Counted from the first letter of the stretch, positions 1 through 12,379 are shown. The stretch: 64,000 nt of DNA from Octopus sinensis (GCF_006345805.1 NC_043004.1:88536001-88600000), one strand, 5' to 3'. The notes: a model not told the origin generated them from the sequence alone. Translations and numbers: made by a program.

Positions 1-30
1 TGTCTAATTTACATAAAACTTATTCAGTAT

Positions 31-319
31 TTCGTTTTGGGATTTGGTTTGCAAGATTCTTTATATGAGTTCGTGTGTTGAAGCATATTCTGTTGTGTCT
101 GGGGAGAGTCATTTGCTTTTTGTGCCTTATAATTTAACACACTCACCGGTAAAATTGTCACTTATTCCTTATTTTTATTTTCCTAGACTATTGAAAGGGT
201 TGCAAGACGCAACGAAAATTTTAGGAAAATAAAAATAAGGAATAAGGGGAAATTTTACCGGTGAGTGTGTTACATTATAAGGCACAAACGTAAATGACTC
301 TCCCCAGACACAAACAGAA
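31..319 (+). mobile_element. Fold-back non-autonomous element (PLE-pLTR-like) with degenerate hammerhead in the loop
   Basis: Inverted arms ~87-185 and ~222-320; the left arm extends further out (31-86). Direct repeat TTATTCAGTAT at 20-30 and 320-330 (TSD). The loop 188-224 has hammerhead shape with a decayed core. Confidence 0.7.
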
Positions 320-685
320 TTATTCAGTATATATTCAGTACATACTTTATTAAACATAAGACGTGATTTCGGTTGCTATTTCTAGCCGGTTGTGCGGCAG
401 GTAGAGGATTTATTTTGTCCGTTCAGTATATGTAGCTGCAGTGCATGCATCATGGTAGCATTTGTAAGCAAAGAGATCTCCAAATACTTTGAAGCTTTGC
501 AATAAATGCAAAGAAATGTGGGAGTTTAAAATGGGTTGTTCATGTGTAAGTAATGTGAACGTAATGATGTGGATGTGTTTTATTGGCAAAATGTTTTAGA
601 GCTGTTAAATGATATTTAGATGGTTTTTCCCACATGGCAAGATAAAATAGAAGCCTCACGCAGGCTCAGAGAAAATATGCATGCA

Positions 686-698
686 TATACATACATAT

Positions 699-767
<69 letters not shown>

Positions 768-856
768 TTATATATTATACATATATATATATAATACATG
801 TATATATATATATACATATATTTATATGTACATATATATATACATATATTTATATG

Positions 857-915
<59 letters not shown>

Positions 916-921
916 ATATAT

Positions 922-964
<43 letters not shown>

Positions 965-1054
965 ATATGTAGATATATATATATATTATTTATACACACA
1001 TATATACACACACATACATACTTACATGCATGCATACATACATACATACATACA

Positions 1055-1090
<36 letters not shown>

Positions 1091-1379
1091 TATGTAGATA
1101 TATATATATATTATATATATATATATATATACATATATTTATATGTACATATATATATACATATATTTATATGTACATATATATATACATATATATATAT
1201 GTACATATGTGCTTATGTATATATTAAGTATGTGTGAGTGTATGTGTGTTTGTTTGTTTGTGTGTGTGTGTGTGTGCGTGTGCACTGTTTAGTCCATTCT
1301 AAATGGACTAAACAGAACAGGAAGAAATACGTGGAATGGACTGTAGCTGAAGGGGTCACAGGATATACATATATATATA

Positions 1380-1442
<63 letters not shown>

Positions 1443-1460
1443 CGTGTGTGTATGTGTGTG
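686..1460. repeat. Compound (TA)n/(TACA)n/(TG)n microsatellite block
   Basis: Direct reading; explains the YIYI/HT/CV ORFs at 620-1549. Confidence 0.95.
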
Positions 1461-2329
1461 TGTGTATGTGTACTTGCAATAGCTGGTTCTTTTGGTTAAC
1501 CTGTTGCATCTCCAGCTGCTTCAGATACCAATATATTAAAAATTGCTAATGTTTAGTACAACGGTTTTGCTATGGAATGGTGAAACTAGTGTTTCCTTTT
1601 CTGAAAACGCAATGTTTTGGACTTACGACACTTTTGCATAATAGCAACGATATGTAATAACGTTTACAGGGAAATAACTTGACAGTGATTTCGAATTATG
1701 TATGTATGTATGCATATGTATGCATATGGCTACTAAAATATGGTTGTGAATTAAGTATGTATGTATGTATATGACGACTAAAATATGGTCGTATTGCATA
1801 TATACCATATATACCGAAAAAATAGCAGATGTGCAACATAGGTTTATGTTTGATAACAAACGTTTAGAGAGAAATGCCGCTTAATGGAGGTGGGGGTGGA
1901 GGTGACAGATATGTGTGAGCGGGAATATCTAATAAAAATCTGTTGGCTTAATATCATTCCCATCGCACGACGTAACGGTTCTTGTTGACCATATGATACC
2001 GGAGTTGTTTTATAATATTAATGTAAGCGTTGTAATAAAATATTTTTAATGTTAATAGGCTGTTGTTCTTGGTGATAGCAGAGGTAGAAATTGTAGAAGT
2101 GGTTGCAGTGCAATTAGTAGTAGTGAGAGGTTTATTGAGAGTTTTGGTGAAGAGAAACGGGAATTTTAAAGTGTCAATCAATCAGTCAATCATTCTTCCA
2201 TGTAGTTGAGCAACCCATCCCTACGAGTCGGGATTCACAGTACGAGTCTGAATAGTTCCTCCTTTCGATTGTTGAATACAAATTGTGGCTCGCGAGATTT
2301 CTGTTTCAGTGATTTTCCGAGTCAACATC

Positions 2330-2505
2330 TGGCCCTTGCACACCAATCCATCTTAGGGATAACCTTTTGTAGCTGAGTGGACTGGAGCAACATAAGGTGA
2401 AGAGTTTTACTAAAAACAAAACGCACAAAAAGAAAACCGATCGGGAAATCGAAACCACGATCTTGCGATCGTGAGTGCAACAGCCTAACCACTAGGCCAC
2501 GCATA
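2330..2505 (-). mobile_element. tRNA-derived SINE, family C, partial
   Basis: Reverse complement starts GCGTGGCCTAGTGGTTAGG...GGTTTCGATTTCC (A/B boxes) and contains GTTGCTCCAGTCCACTCAGCT, shared with 15708-16029. Confidence 0.75.
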
Positions 2506-2619
2506 TGAAAACACTAAGCTTGATTACTTCGATGACTGATGAATTGAAATAGATAAGATTATAGTCGGTGGTTCTGGTGAATCATGTTTGTTTTAAATAA
2601 GAAGTACTGTAGTCGTTAG

Positions 2620-2925
2620 AATGGGCAGACCTGAAATCAGGAGTAAAGGGTTTATCGCTTAAATATCTTATATAATATACTTGCTGGTATTTGGTTGATA
2701 AAAGCATTTTTATCAGGCCCGCTAGGATAAAATGCTAAGTTGAACTGAGCAGAATTTGAAATCAGAACCGAAAGGACCGGAATAAATATCACATAGTATT
2801 TTGTCAGATGTTCAAACGATTCGAAAGGAGATGAAAGGTAAAGTCGGCCTCGGCAGAATTTGAAATCAGAACGTGAAGTGGGACAAAATATCGGTGAGCT
2901 AATAATTCTGTCAGCTCACTGCCTT
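2620..2925 (-). mobile_element. Two partial SINE family A copies
   Basis: AAAGTCGGCCTCGGCAGAATTTGAAATCAGAACG motifs match the near-consensus copy at 27212-27448. Confidence 0.7.
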
Positions 2926-2944
2926 AACAGCAACAACATCAACA

Positions 2945-3135
2945 GTGGAGGCGCAATGGCCCAGTGGTTAGGGCAGCGGACTCGCGGTCGCAAGAACGCG
3001 GTTTCGATTCTCATACCGGGCATTGTGAGTGTTTATTGAGCAAAAGCACCTAAGCTCTACGATTCTCCGGCGGCGGTGGGTGAACCCCGCTGTACTCTTT
3101 CACCACAACTTTCTCTCACTCTTTCTTCCTACTTC
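2945..3135 (+). mobile_element. tRNA-derived SINE, family D, 5' part
   Basis: GGAGGCGCAATGGCCCAGTGGTTAGGGCAGCGG...GGTTTCGATTCTC head; body homologous to 48906-49194. Confidence 0.8.
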
Positions 3136-3442
3136 TGCCACAAAGCAGAGGAACCATGATGTAACCCTCTATGGTGTGGTAAACTTTCAGACCCTACTCT
3201 AGATTGCGAATCCTCTGTACTCCCAGAATGGTTCAGTTCTCTACCCGTTAAAAGCCACCGTTTATGAGGATAACAACGTAGCTTTCGCGCCCGTGCAACC
3301 GCCAGTCTATCGCGTGTAGTGGGTGGATCTTCAAGTTGCCATGCGCATTCTTAGTAGCTTAGAGTAGGCTCGAATTAGAGATTATTCTTTGTGGCTAATG
3401 GCGTGAGTCCTGACTGGAAGAAGAAGAAAACAACAACAACAA

Positions 3443-3814
3443 CGATATGTACTATCTCTGATCACGAGCAGAAGTAGTTAGCGGTATCATTGCTATGTGC
3501 TGAAAGGGATTCTTTGAGGTTGACTAATCCACACTTGCAAATATGGGTGCTTCGTTCATCAGTCTTAAGCAACCCTTATTCAGAGACCTTTTGAACGAGA
3601 TGGCTACTCGAACAGATGAAAATTCTAACTGGGCCTCAAATGCAACGTCATGTACTGTTTACCTTGATATGAGACCTCCATGTCGCGCACACATATGATT
3701 GTGATGCATGCGCCAGGTGTACCCTTATCAAATGGATAGGCATGGTGTGTCTATAAGGACTTCGTATATTTGTACCTGGGTGTCGCTTTGATGGCATGTA
3801 TTGCTCTCTCACTC
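3443..3814 (+). mobile_element. 5'-truncated copy of the 543-bp (TAA)n-associated element
   Basis: Colinear with ~46205-46566; ends ...CTCTCTCACTC followed by (AAT)n. Confidence 0.8.
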
Positions 3815-3831
3815 CATAATAATAATATTAA

Positions 3832-4045
3832 TCCTTTCTACTATAGGTACAAGGCCTGAAATTTTGTGGGAAAGGACTAGTCGATTACATCGATCCAAGA
3901 GTTTCACTGGTACTTAATTTATCGACCCCGAAAGGATGAAAGACAAAGTCGGCCATGATGGAATTTGAAATCAGAACATAAGGACGGATGAAATTCCGCT
4001 AAGCATTTTGTTCGGGGTGCTAACGATTCTGCCAGCTCCCACCGA
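3832..4045 (-). mobile_element. SINE family A
   Basis: ATCGACCCCGAAAGGATGAAAGACAAAGTCG...GCTAACGATTCTGCCAGCTC. Confidence 0.85.
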
Positions 4046-4837
4046 AGTGAATGATGATAAAATATAACAACTATGATAATATCTTTTATAGTTATTACTT
4101 ATTAAAAACAAAAACAACATATGGAAGATTTGGAGTCCTAAATGCTGTTAGACTTCGGATCTAGATCTAAATTTTTATAAGGAGAATGAAATGATGTCAT
4201 AGTTGCTGCAATATTAATAAAGAATGATAATAAAGCAATTATGTGCAATAAGATGGATGCTCTTCTCACGCGTTTGACTCTGACAAAAAAGAAAAGAATT
4301 TCTCCACAGAAGACAAAAGGATGGATATGCTTAGAAACAGCATTGAGTAGCAATTCTATTTCGCTCTCTGTCCCTACAAAGGTCTATACAGCTTCCTGTA
4401 AGACCACCATCTATAAAAAGCACTTTGTTGAAGGATTGATTCCTATTTCAATCAATCGTTTACTTTGTCTATTCATAACAATGCTTTCCTACCCCATCTC
4501 TATCAGTATTATAAACATCTTTCTTAGTGGTTACATATTGGCAAACACTTAATAAAATCTTAGTTTCTCCAGGTATTGCAATATCTATTATTTCACACAG
4601 CTTCTGGATAATTGTCTTCACCATCATATAAAATTTCCAGCTCTTTATCTTGTGATCAAATTACATGGCAGAGTCCCAGATTATTTAGATTTGTTCAAAT
4701 TCCTTTAAACATAGGAAGCTACTTTTCATAGTTCATACGATACTCGTGTCCAATCTAATTTATAATTTTCATATAATTTCTTCCTTCCGAACGGTTCCTA
4801 CGACAACATTGGATTGCTTTAATAAAGAGAACGAATT

Positions 4838-5245
4838 GACCGAATCGTTAGCGTATCTGGAGAAATGCTTAAAAGCATTTCTTTCGAATCCTCACATTCT
4901 GAGTAAAGGGATCACCTTGAGTTTCATCCTTTCGGGGGTCAATAACATTAAGTACTAATCAAACACAGGGTTCGATGTAATAGACTTACCCACTTCCATC
5001 AGAAAAATTGCTAGCCTTGTGTTAAATTTAAAAATGAATTTATGTAAGTTTGTGAGCAGGCAGAATCGTTAACGCATTTTTTCCAGATCCTTACGTTCTG
5101 AGTTCAAATCTCGCTGAGGTCGACTTTGTTTTCCATACTGTCCAGGCCGGTAAAACAAGCACAAGTGATCAATCTGAGTCAATGTAAGCGATTTACTCCC
5201 CAGTCCTCAAAGTTCTGACCTTGCGTTAACATTTGAAACCAGTAT
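4838..5245 (+). mobile_element. Two degenerate SINE family A copies
   Basis: GAATCGTTAGCG...CATCCTTTCGGGGGTCAATAA and GGCAGAATCGTTAAC...GAGTTCAAATCTCGCTGAGGTCGACTTTG. Confidence 0.65.
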
Positions 5246-5387
5246 GAATAATCTTATATTCGTAGCCAGCTAGTTTCCTACCTTCAGTTACCAAATGCGC
5301 TACATTTTCCCCATTTTTGTCACATAGCGAAGATTCAGTGATTTCTGTCGAGATGGTTTATGACATGATCTGTTTTCTCGATATCGT

Positions 5388-5486
5388 TTTGCTCAGTACC
5401 ACAGATTCGCTTGCCAGTTGTTTGACCGTAACAAGTTGAGCGTATCCTTTAGTGACTGACGATATGTGCATCTCTGATAACGAGCA
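5388..5486 (+). mobile_element. Internal fragment of the 543-bp element
   Basis: ACCACAGATTCGCTTGCCAGTTGTTTGACC...GACGATATGTGCATCTCTGATAACGAGCAG matches ~46135-46238. Confidence 0.75.
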
Positions 5487-5812
5487 GGCTGTCTACAGCA
5501 GCTTAATTATTCAGAACGTCTTAGCAGCTTTATAGGTCCTCGAATGAATCAATGCACTGGGATTTATACAAATTTTTGTTGACAAGCCTCAACATACACG
5601 GATCAGAATTGGGTCCCAAGACCTGTGAGGTCCCTGGACAACTATTTATTGTGCCCATGCCTTAAGATTGCCCTGCTCATACTCTTTGTAATCTAATTTA
5701 CTATTTTAAATTGAAATGTTTTACATTTTAAATGGTTTGCATTTTCACCGTTTTCGCCACACGACCTACACAGAAATGGCAAAGTAATTTTTGTCAAAGT
5801 AGTTTAATTTAT

Positions 5813-5982
5813 ACATTATTTACATTCGACGGATATTTGTCCTCATCTTGTTTGTTGTTAACACAATGTTTCGGCTGATATACCCTCCAACCATTTTCAG
5901 GTGTCTTGGGGAAATTTCGAACCTGGGTTCTCATTCCTAAGGTATTTTTCGTTGTTATTATCATTATTATTATTATTATTAT

Positions 5983-6041
<59 letters not shown>

Positions 6042-6264
6042 TTGTCCAGGTCACTGCTTGGGATCGAACTCGGAATCTTGGAGTTAGTAATCCGCGATCT
6101 TAACCACTACGCCATATGCCCCAAGACACCAAAGAAGGCTGGAGGGTATATCAGCCGAAACGTTGTGTTGACAACAAAAAAGATGAGGACAAATACCCGT
6201 CGAATGTAAATAATAAAAATAATGTAAATAATGTATTTAATTCCTCATCTCTTAAATATAGAAC
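5813..6264 (-). mobile_element. tRNA-headed element with hammerhead-bearing PLE-type tail and inverted tail duplication
   Basis: Minus-strand A box (6104-6114) and B box (6061-6069), then (TAC)n(TAA)n, then a tail with an HHR motif (5860-5905). Inverted tail copy at 6119-6264. 13-bp TSD TAGTTTAATTTAT at 5800-5812 and 6265-6277. Confidence 0.8.
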
Positions 6265-6681
6265 TAGTTTAATTTATGTCTAACTGCCTGTTTTCACGAC
6301 GTCATTGTCACTGCTCTTATCACTGTCCTTACAAAATCTGTTATATTTTCACAGTTTTCGATACACACTCTACATAGCAATGACTCTATGATGTCTGCCT
6401 GGTTAGTTTATGAAGTGGTCTGTTTTGTCATCATATTTTTTTGTTACAAATATCCGCTAATAATTTATCCACATCAACATTGTTGTCCATCTCCGCCATT
6501 TAAAAATATCAATACATTACTGTTTCTTGTGAAAACATCTCTACTTTTTCATGCTATTACCGCTTTAATTCCCATGGTGATTATAAATTCCTTAATCTCA
6601 GTGATACCGATCTTCTTTTTCTTTCTCAGCTGAAATTACATGTCTATTATACTACTATTCAGTAATTTTACACTGCAATGC

Positions 6682-6732
6682 CGGGTGTGTGTGTGTATGT
6701 ATACACACACACACACATACACACACACACAT

Positions 6733-6827
<95 letters not shown>

Positions 6828-6852
6828 ATATATATATATATTATATATATAT

Positions 6853-6935
<83 letters not shown>

Positions 6936-6945
6936 ATATATATAG
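6682..6945. repeat. (TG)n(CA)n(TA)n microsatellite
   Basis: Direct reading. Confidence 0.95.
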
Positions 6946-6947
6946 AT

Positions 6948-7290
6948 GTATTTTTCCCCTTGTTAAAAATTAACAGGGAAAAAATAGATACATAGTTACC
7001 AGGGTAGCAAAAAATCACACAAGTAAAACTTATGTAACTCCTTGTTTCTAAAGGTAGAAACTCCGAGTTTACGTGAAATATTTTGTATAATATATATAAA
7101 TAAATAGAGTTAAACGCAGGTGTTTTTCAAATTCTTTTACTTCCGACACCTGCGCCGAAGATGTCGCTGGTATTATTCTAAAGGAATAAAGTGGTGTAAA
7201 ACAATATAATCTCCTCTTGAAACTCATCAATAAGACATTTTGACAGAATATGATGGATATGTATAGTGCTTAACTGAACGCTATTAAGTT
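6948..7290 (-). mobile_element. Unclassified repeat, same family as 54095-54455 (PLE-pLTR-like)
   Basis: GTATTTTTCCCCTTGTTA...AAAGGTAGAAACT...AACGCAGGTGT...TTTTACTTCCGACA shared with 54103-54281; abuts (TA)n. Confidence 0.65.
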
Positions 7291-7554
7291 TTTTTAAAAA
7301 CACGTTAGAGGATATAACGTCAAAGGTAGCCTATAGAAAGAGGAGGGGTAAAGGAAAGAAAGACCAAATATATATAACGATATGTAAATTAAATAAGTTA
7401 TGATTAACAAAAAAGATATAAATATTTAATATGTACAGTATTGAAGTAAGCACTACTATTAGTTTCAAGCCGTGGAAGTTAAATTATACAAATCTGCCGA
7501 ATTATCCTGTTCCCACGGCATGAAACTATTAGTGGCTCTTGTTTAAATACTGCG

Positions 7555-7740
7555 TAAGCTGGTTTCAAATTTTGGCTCGAGGCCAGCAATTAAGGGTGGG
7601 CGGACTAATCAATTACAAGTGATACTTCTTTCATCAACCCCGAAAGGATGAAAGGCAAGGTCACTCAGGGCGCAAAATCGGAAGAAATGCCGCTAAGCAT
7701 TATTTTATGGTACGGTAAGGGTCCTGCCGGCTCGCCGCTT
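7555..7740 (-). mobile_element. SINE family A, degenerate
   Basis: CCCCGAAAGGATGAAAGGCAAGGTC...AAATGCCGCTAAGCAT...GGCTCGCCGC. Confidence 0.7.
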
Positions 7741-7767
7741 TAAATACTGTCTATATTAAGTTATATG

Positions 7768-7856
<89 letters not shown>

Positions 7857-7857
<1 letters not shown>

Positions 7858-7993
7858 GGAGGTGTATCCTCTGGATATCCTGTTGCTTATTTTGATTTTA
7901 TTCACCATATTTTGAAGTTGTACGGATGATACTGCACTAAGTTTTGGTGCTTCAACCTAAGTACCTAATTCATCTGAATCTCAATTATTTTGT

Positions 7994-7997
<4 letters not shown>
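7857..7997 (+). repeat. Unclassified dispersed repeat (copies at 23590-23760 and 57900-58030)
   Basis: GATATCC(T)TGTTGCTTATTTTGATT...TAAGTACC...TTCATCTGAATCT recurs three times, each near (TA)n. Confidence 0.7.
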
Positions 7998-8035
<38 letters not shown>

Positions 8036-8478
8036 TATATATTACGATTTCTTTTCTGTTTCCGATTTAAACTTATGAGTATTTTCTTTATTTCATTTTA
8101 GGATTATTCGACCAGCCCTTAAAAAAGAGGTATGTATTTATTTTCTGTTTTTTTTATTTACTTTTTTTATTTATTTCGTTGTTTATTTTGGGGAAAATAT
8201 CATCGTCGATTAGAGGTTAATCATCCAACAGGTTCAAATTGATTATGCTTCACTACAATTACGATGGCAAGAGTGACACAGAACCGACTGAACAACTCGG
8301 GTTGCACAATAGCACAAAGGTCTTATATACATAGATATATACATATATGCATGTGTGTGTGTATGTGTTTGTGTGTGTGTGTAAATGTATATATGTATAT
8401 ACGTACAAGCATGCATGTAATAACTTTAAATTTGGATATACATATACATACATACACACATAGATACATACATACATA

Positions 8479-8850
8479 GAGGGGCTGTACCAAAGTTTTC
8501 CACCGAGAGTTATAACAACCCTCTGCATAGTTCTAATGGTCCCACCCTTCCTATCTAGAGTAAGGATCAAGTACTGTAATAAATTGTGATTCAAAAACCC
8601 ACATTTATTTTTAATATCTTGCAAAAACCACGAAATCTCCCATGGAGTTTGGGTAGGTGTATTCAAGAGGCACTTTGACCTTGTGTTGTTCAAGATCACA
8701 GATAAACTAACGTAATGGCAAGAAACTCAAACGAGCGCAGCAATATCAAACTCCCTCCTTCTCCAAATGCCAAGCAATGGTCATTGCTGATACTAGCGGT
8801 GCCACAATATGGCCACAGCCTTTAGGCTAAAATGTATGACAAAATAAAAA
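8479..8850 (+). mobile_element. CR1-like LINE, decayed ORF2 C-terminus plus 3' UTR
   Basis: Frameshifted translation EG.VPKFSTESY...KYCN...FNIL...GVFKRHFDL...QETQTSAAISNSLLLQM aligns with the ORF at 54954-55403; followed by GCGGTGCCACAATATGGCCACAGCCTTTAGGCT. Confidence 0.75.
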
Positions 8851-9024
8851 ACGTACATACCTACACACGTGCACATTTATATATGTCTGTATATTATAAT
8901 CGCTAATCCATATACCCATATATACATATGTATAGGGAGAGTTTACGAAAAAAACAACAGACGAAGAGAGGTGGTGTACAAAACAAACAGATGTATTAGT
9001 ATAACGCTCAGGAAAAGAAAAAGT

Positions 9025-9060
9025 CTTTTACATTTCGAGCCTACGCTCTTCTACAGAAAG
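9025..9060 (-). ncRNA. Degenerate minimal hammerhead ribozyme motif
   Basis: RC: CTTT-CTGTAGA-A-GAGC gtag GCTC-GAAATGT-A-AAAG; A6 of the core is mutated. Confidence 0.55.
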
Positions 9061-9074
9061 GGACACAGAAAAAA

Positions 9075-9225
9075 ACAAGGAGAGAAACAAGTAGAGAAAA
9101 AAGGACAGAAAAAAAAGGAGGGAAAAAAGGAGAGAAAAAAAGGAGAGAAAAAAGAAGAGAAAAAAGGAGAGAAAAAGGACAGAAAAAAGGAGAGAAAAAA
9201 AGGAGCGAAAAAAGGTGAGAAAAAA
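9075..9225. repeat. ~11-12 bp purine-rich minisatellite (GGAGAGAAAAAA)n
   Basis: Direct reading; explains the K/E/G-rich ORF. Confidence 0.85.
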
Positions 9226-9231
9226 TATATA

Positions 9232-9469
9232 TACTCTCTTTTACTCTTTTACTTGTTTCAGTCATTTGACTGTGGTCATGCTGGAGCACCGCCTTTACTC
9301 GAGCAAATAGACCCCAGGACTTAATCTTTGTAAGCCTAGTACTTATTCTATTATTCTCTTTTGCTGAACCGCTAGGTTACGGGGACGTAAATACATCAGC
9401 ATCGGTTGTCAAGCGATGTTGGGGGGACAAACACAGAAACACAAACATATAGACACACACACACACACG

Positions 9470-9505
<36 letters not shown>

Positions 9506-9706
9506 ATATTATATATTATATATATACATACATATATACGACAGGCTTCTTTCAGTTTTCGTCTACGAAATCCACTGACAAGGTTTTGGTCGGCTCGAGG
9601 CTATAGTAGAAAATACTTTCCCAAGGTTCAACGCAGTGGGACTGAACCAGGAACCATGTGGTTGGTAAGCAAGCTACTTACCACATAGCCACTAGCCACT
9701 CCTACG

Positions 9707-9708
<2 letters not shown>
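9232..9708 (-). mobile_element. SINE family B (tRNA head, CORE-like segment, internal microsatellite, CR1-like tail)
   Basis: Reverse complement of the full copy at 34724-35132. Confidence 0.9.
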
Positions 9709-9748
<40 letters not shown>

Positions 9749-10755
9749 ATATATATATAAGTATATATATGTGTGTGTGTGTGTATGCATATACAACCAT
9801 ATATTTGATTGCGTGTATGCCTGTGTGTATGTATGCTTGTGTGCGCGATTCTGTTTATCTTCATCAATGTTGTGTCAAAATGGCAAGTCACCCATTTAAT
9901 AGATATAGATTTTTCAATATAATATATACTACTCAAGTACATGTGGCTGGTGATCGATCTGATCGACTGTAAATCTCCCAACCACTTGCCACGCTATGTT
10001 CCAAATCGATATTTAATGTTTAATAAGCGATATTTGTTTATAAATATAAGAACGAAATAGCAGTAGATTGACAGCATAAGAAAATATCTTACGATGTAGA
10101 TACATGTACTCCACGATTACATTCTCGGCCTATATCCCATCGGTATTTATATCTATGTAAAAAAGAAATCAATATTATCAGCGTCTATTATTTTCTAAAA
10201 CACAATAACCATACGGAATAATTATCACATTTATTCTTTTCTATTCACATTCCGTGGCATATTCCAAGTCGAATCACGGGAGAAATGGAGCACGAGCACT
10301 GAGGAACTTTGCTGAATCAGTTGTATAACTACTCCAGGGATAAATATTTGCCTGTTTTGTTTTCTATTCTGAATTCCCTAAAGGCAAAGCATAAATGCAT
10401 GTGCTAAATAAACTGAATATGTGTACTCGCTGTGTCGCTATAATTATTGCATATTAAAATGCAACGTTAGCAGTTTCCACTGCAAAGCTTGAGGTATTTG
10501 TTTCATGTTTTACCTTCTTACTGAGAGCAAGATATTTTCTGTAGTTTCAAATGCTACCAAATTAATGATACTGATTAATATGATGACGTAATGAGCAGCT
10601 GCGTATATTCCACGTGTGCTCTGTGTGTGCTATGCACCCATCGAAAATGACAAATTCATTATAAATATTAACCTTATTCATTAAAATAATCACAAATCTC
10701 AATGGAAAACTTTTGTTTTATCCTTGTAATTCTGTCACCTTAATGCTTTCAATAT

Positions 10756-11110
10756 GTAGCGGTTTGGCAAAAGAGACGAATAGAATAATTAATTACTAGG
10801 CTTACAAAGAATAAGTCTCGGGGTCGATTTTGCTTGACTAAAAGCGGTGCTCCAGCATGGCTGCAGTCAACTGACTGAAACAAGTAAACGAATAAAAGAA
10901 AGAATGAATATATATATATATATATATACACATATATGTATGTATATATATATACAGTGAAGCAAATCTACCCCGAGACTTATTGTTTATAAGCCTAGTA
11001 CTTATTCTATTCGTCTTTTTTGTCAAACCGCTAAGTTACGGGAACGTAAACACAGCAGCATCGGTTGTCAAGCGATGTTGGAGGAGACAAACACAAGCAC
11101 CCAAATACAC

Positions 11111-11154
<44 letters not shown>

Positions 11155-11175
11155 ACACACACACACACACACACA

Positions 11176-11234
<59 letters not shown>

Positions 11235-11391
11235 TACGACAGGCTTCTTTCAGTTTCTGTCAACTAAATCCACTCACGAGGCTTTGGTCGGCCCGAGGCT
11301 ACAGTAGAAGACGTTTGCCCAAGGTGCTACGCAGTAGGCCTGAAAGCGGACCATGTGGTTGGTAAGCAAGCTACTTACCACGCAGCCACAC

Positions 11392-11392
<1 letters not shown>
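10756..11392. mobile_element. Two SINE family B copies: 3' half on + (10756-10905) and near-full on - (10965-11392)
   Basis: GCGGTGCTCCAGCATGGCTGCAGTCAACTGACTGAAAC tail; GCTACTTACCACGCAGCCAC head in reverse. Confidence 0.85.
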
Positions 11393-11434
<42 letters not shown>

Positions 11435-11999
11435 GTGTGTGTGTGTGTGTACTATTGATGTGACAACAGTATACGTCAACGGATTTGTTGCCTCGCTTTA
11501 TGAGGGATTCTATGTTTGGATGACGATTTGGTCTCTAATAGAAGTACGTTAGATCATTGCATGTTGTCACAAATCGATAGTTTCTTTGATCGATTACTGT
11601 ACTCGATTAGTACTTTATTTCTCCGATGGCCAAAAGCACGAAGAGCAAAGTTGACATTTACGTTATTAAGTTTAGAACGTAAAGCTCTACAACTAATAAC
11701 GCAAAGCATTTTGTTCGACGCACTGATCATCTTTCGAATCGACCGTCTTCAATCATATAAACGTGACATAACTGAGTGAAGAAGGAATCAGTCCGTAACC
11801 TATTCCTGCTTCCCATTGGTTTCTTTATGTGTTTCGATTTCCCTCAAACCATTCGTTATGTTGCGTATATCTCGAATGTGATGAACATGTATTTCATAAT
11901 GGCTTGGACCAATGACTTTCAGCGATAATACTTGAATGTGGTGGCGAGGGGGAGGGGATGCGTATGTGGCTGTGAGTGTGTGTGAGAGTGTCTGTGCGT

Positions 12000-12172
12000 T
12001 TGTATGTGTGAGTGCGCGTGTGTATATGCGTGTTTGTATGTGTACGCTTCTATATATAAATGTACACACGTATGTATTTATGTATCAATGTATGTACACA
12101 TAAATGTTTCAGCGAAAGCGTTTATACACACAGTCGCACATAAACATACATATATAGTCGTATGTATGTATG

Positions 12173-12206
<34 letters not shown>

Positions 12207-12348
12207 CGTATGTTTGTATGTATATATATATATACATACATATACACATATGCATACATACATTATATATATATCTATATATACTCATGCATACACACAC
12301 ATACATATATGTCTGTATATGCATATATAGATAAATACATACATATAA

Positions 12349-12379
<31 letters not shown>

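Noticed and set aside
620-1549. Long ORFs such as 620-1237 (205 aa) and all similar YI/HT/CV/poly-L ORFs across the window
   Set aside because: Translations of microsatellites, which lack stop codons in some frames.
4081-4750. ORFs 4138-4353(-) and 4241-4552(+)
   Set aside because: No recognisable motif in any frame; cannot be assigned.
7452-7540. Hairpin with GAAAC-TAATAGT-A resembling the 3' half of a hammerhead
   Set aside because: No CUGANGA core 5' of stem II; at most a relic.
8477-8750. Apparent mariner TIR (TAGAGGGGCTG...) and N-terminus MARNSNERSNIK
   Set aside because: The region translates colinearly as the CR1-like ORF2 C-terminus, so the resemblance is coincidental.
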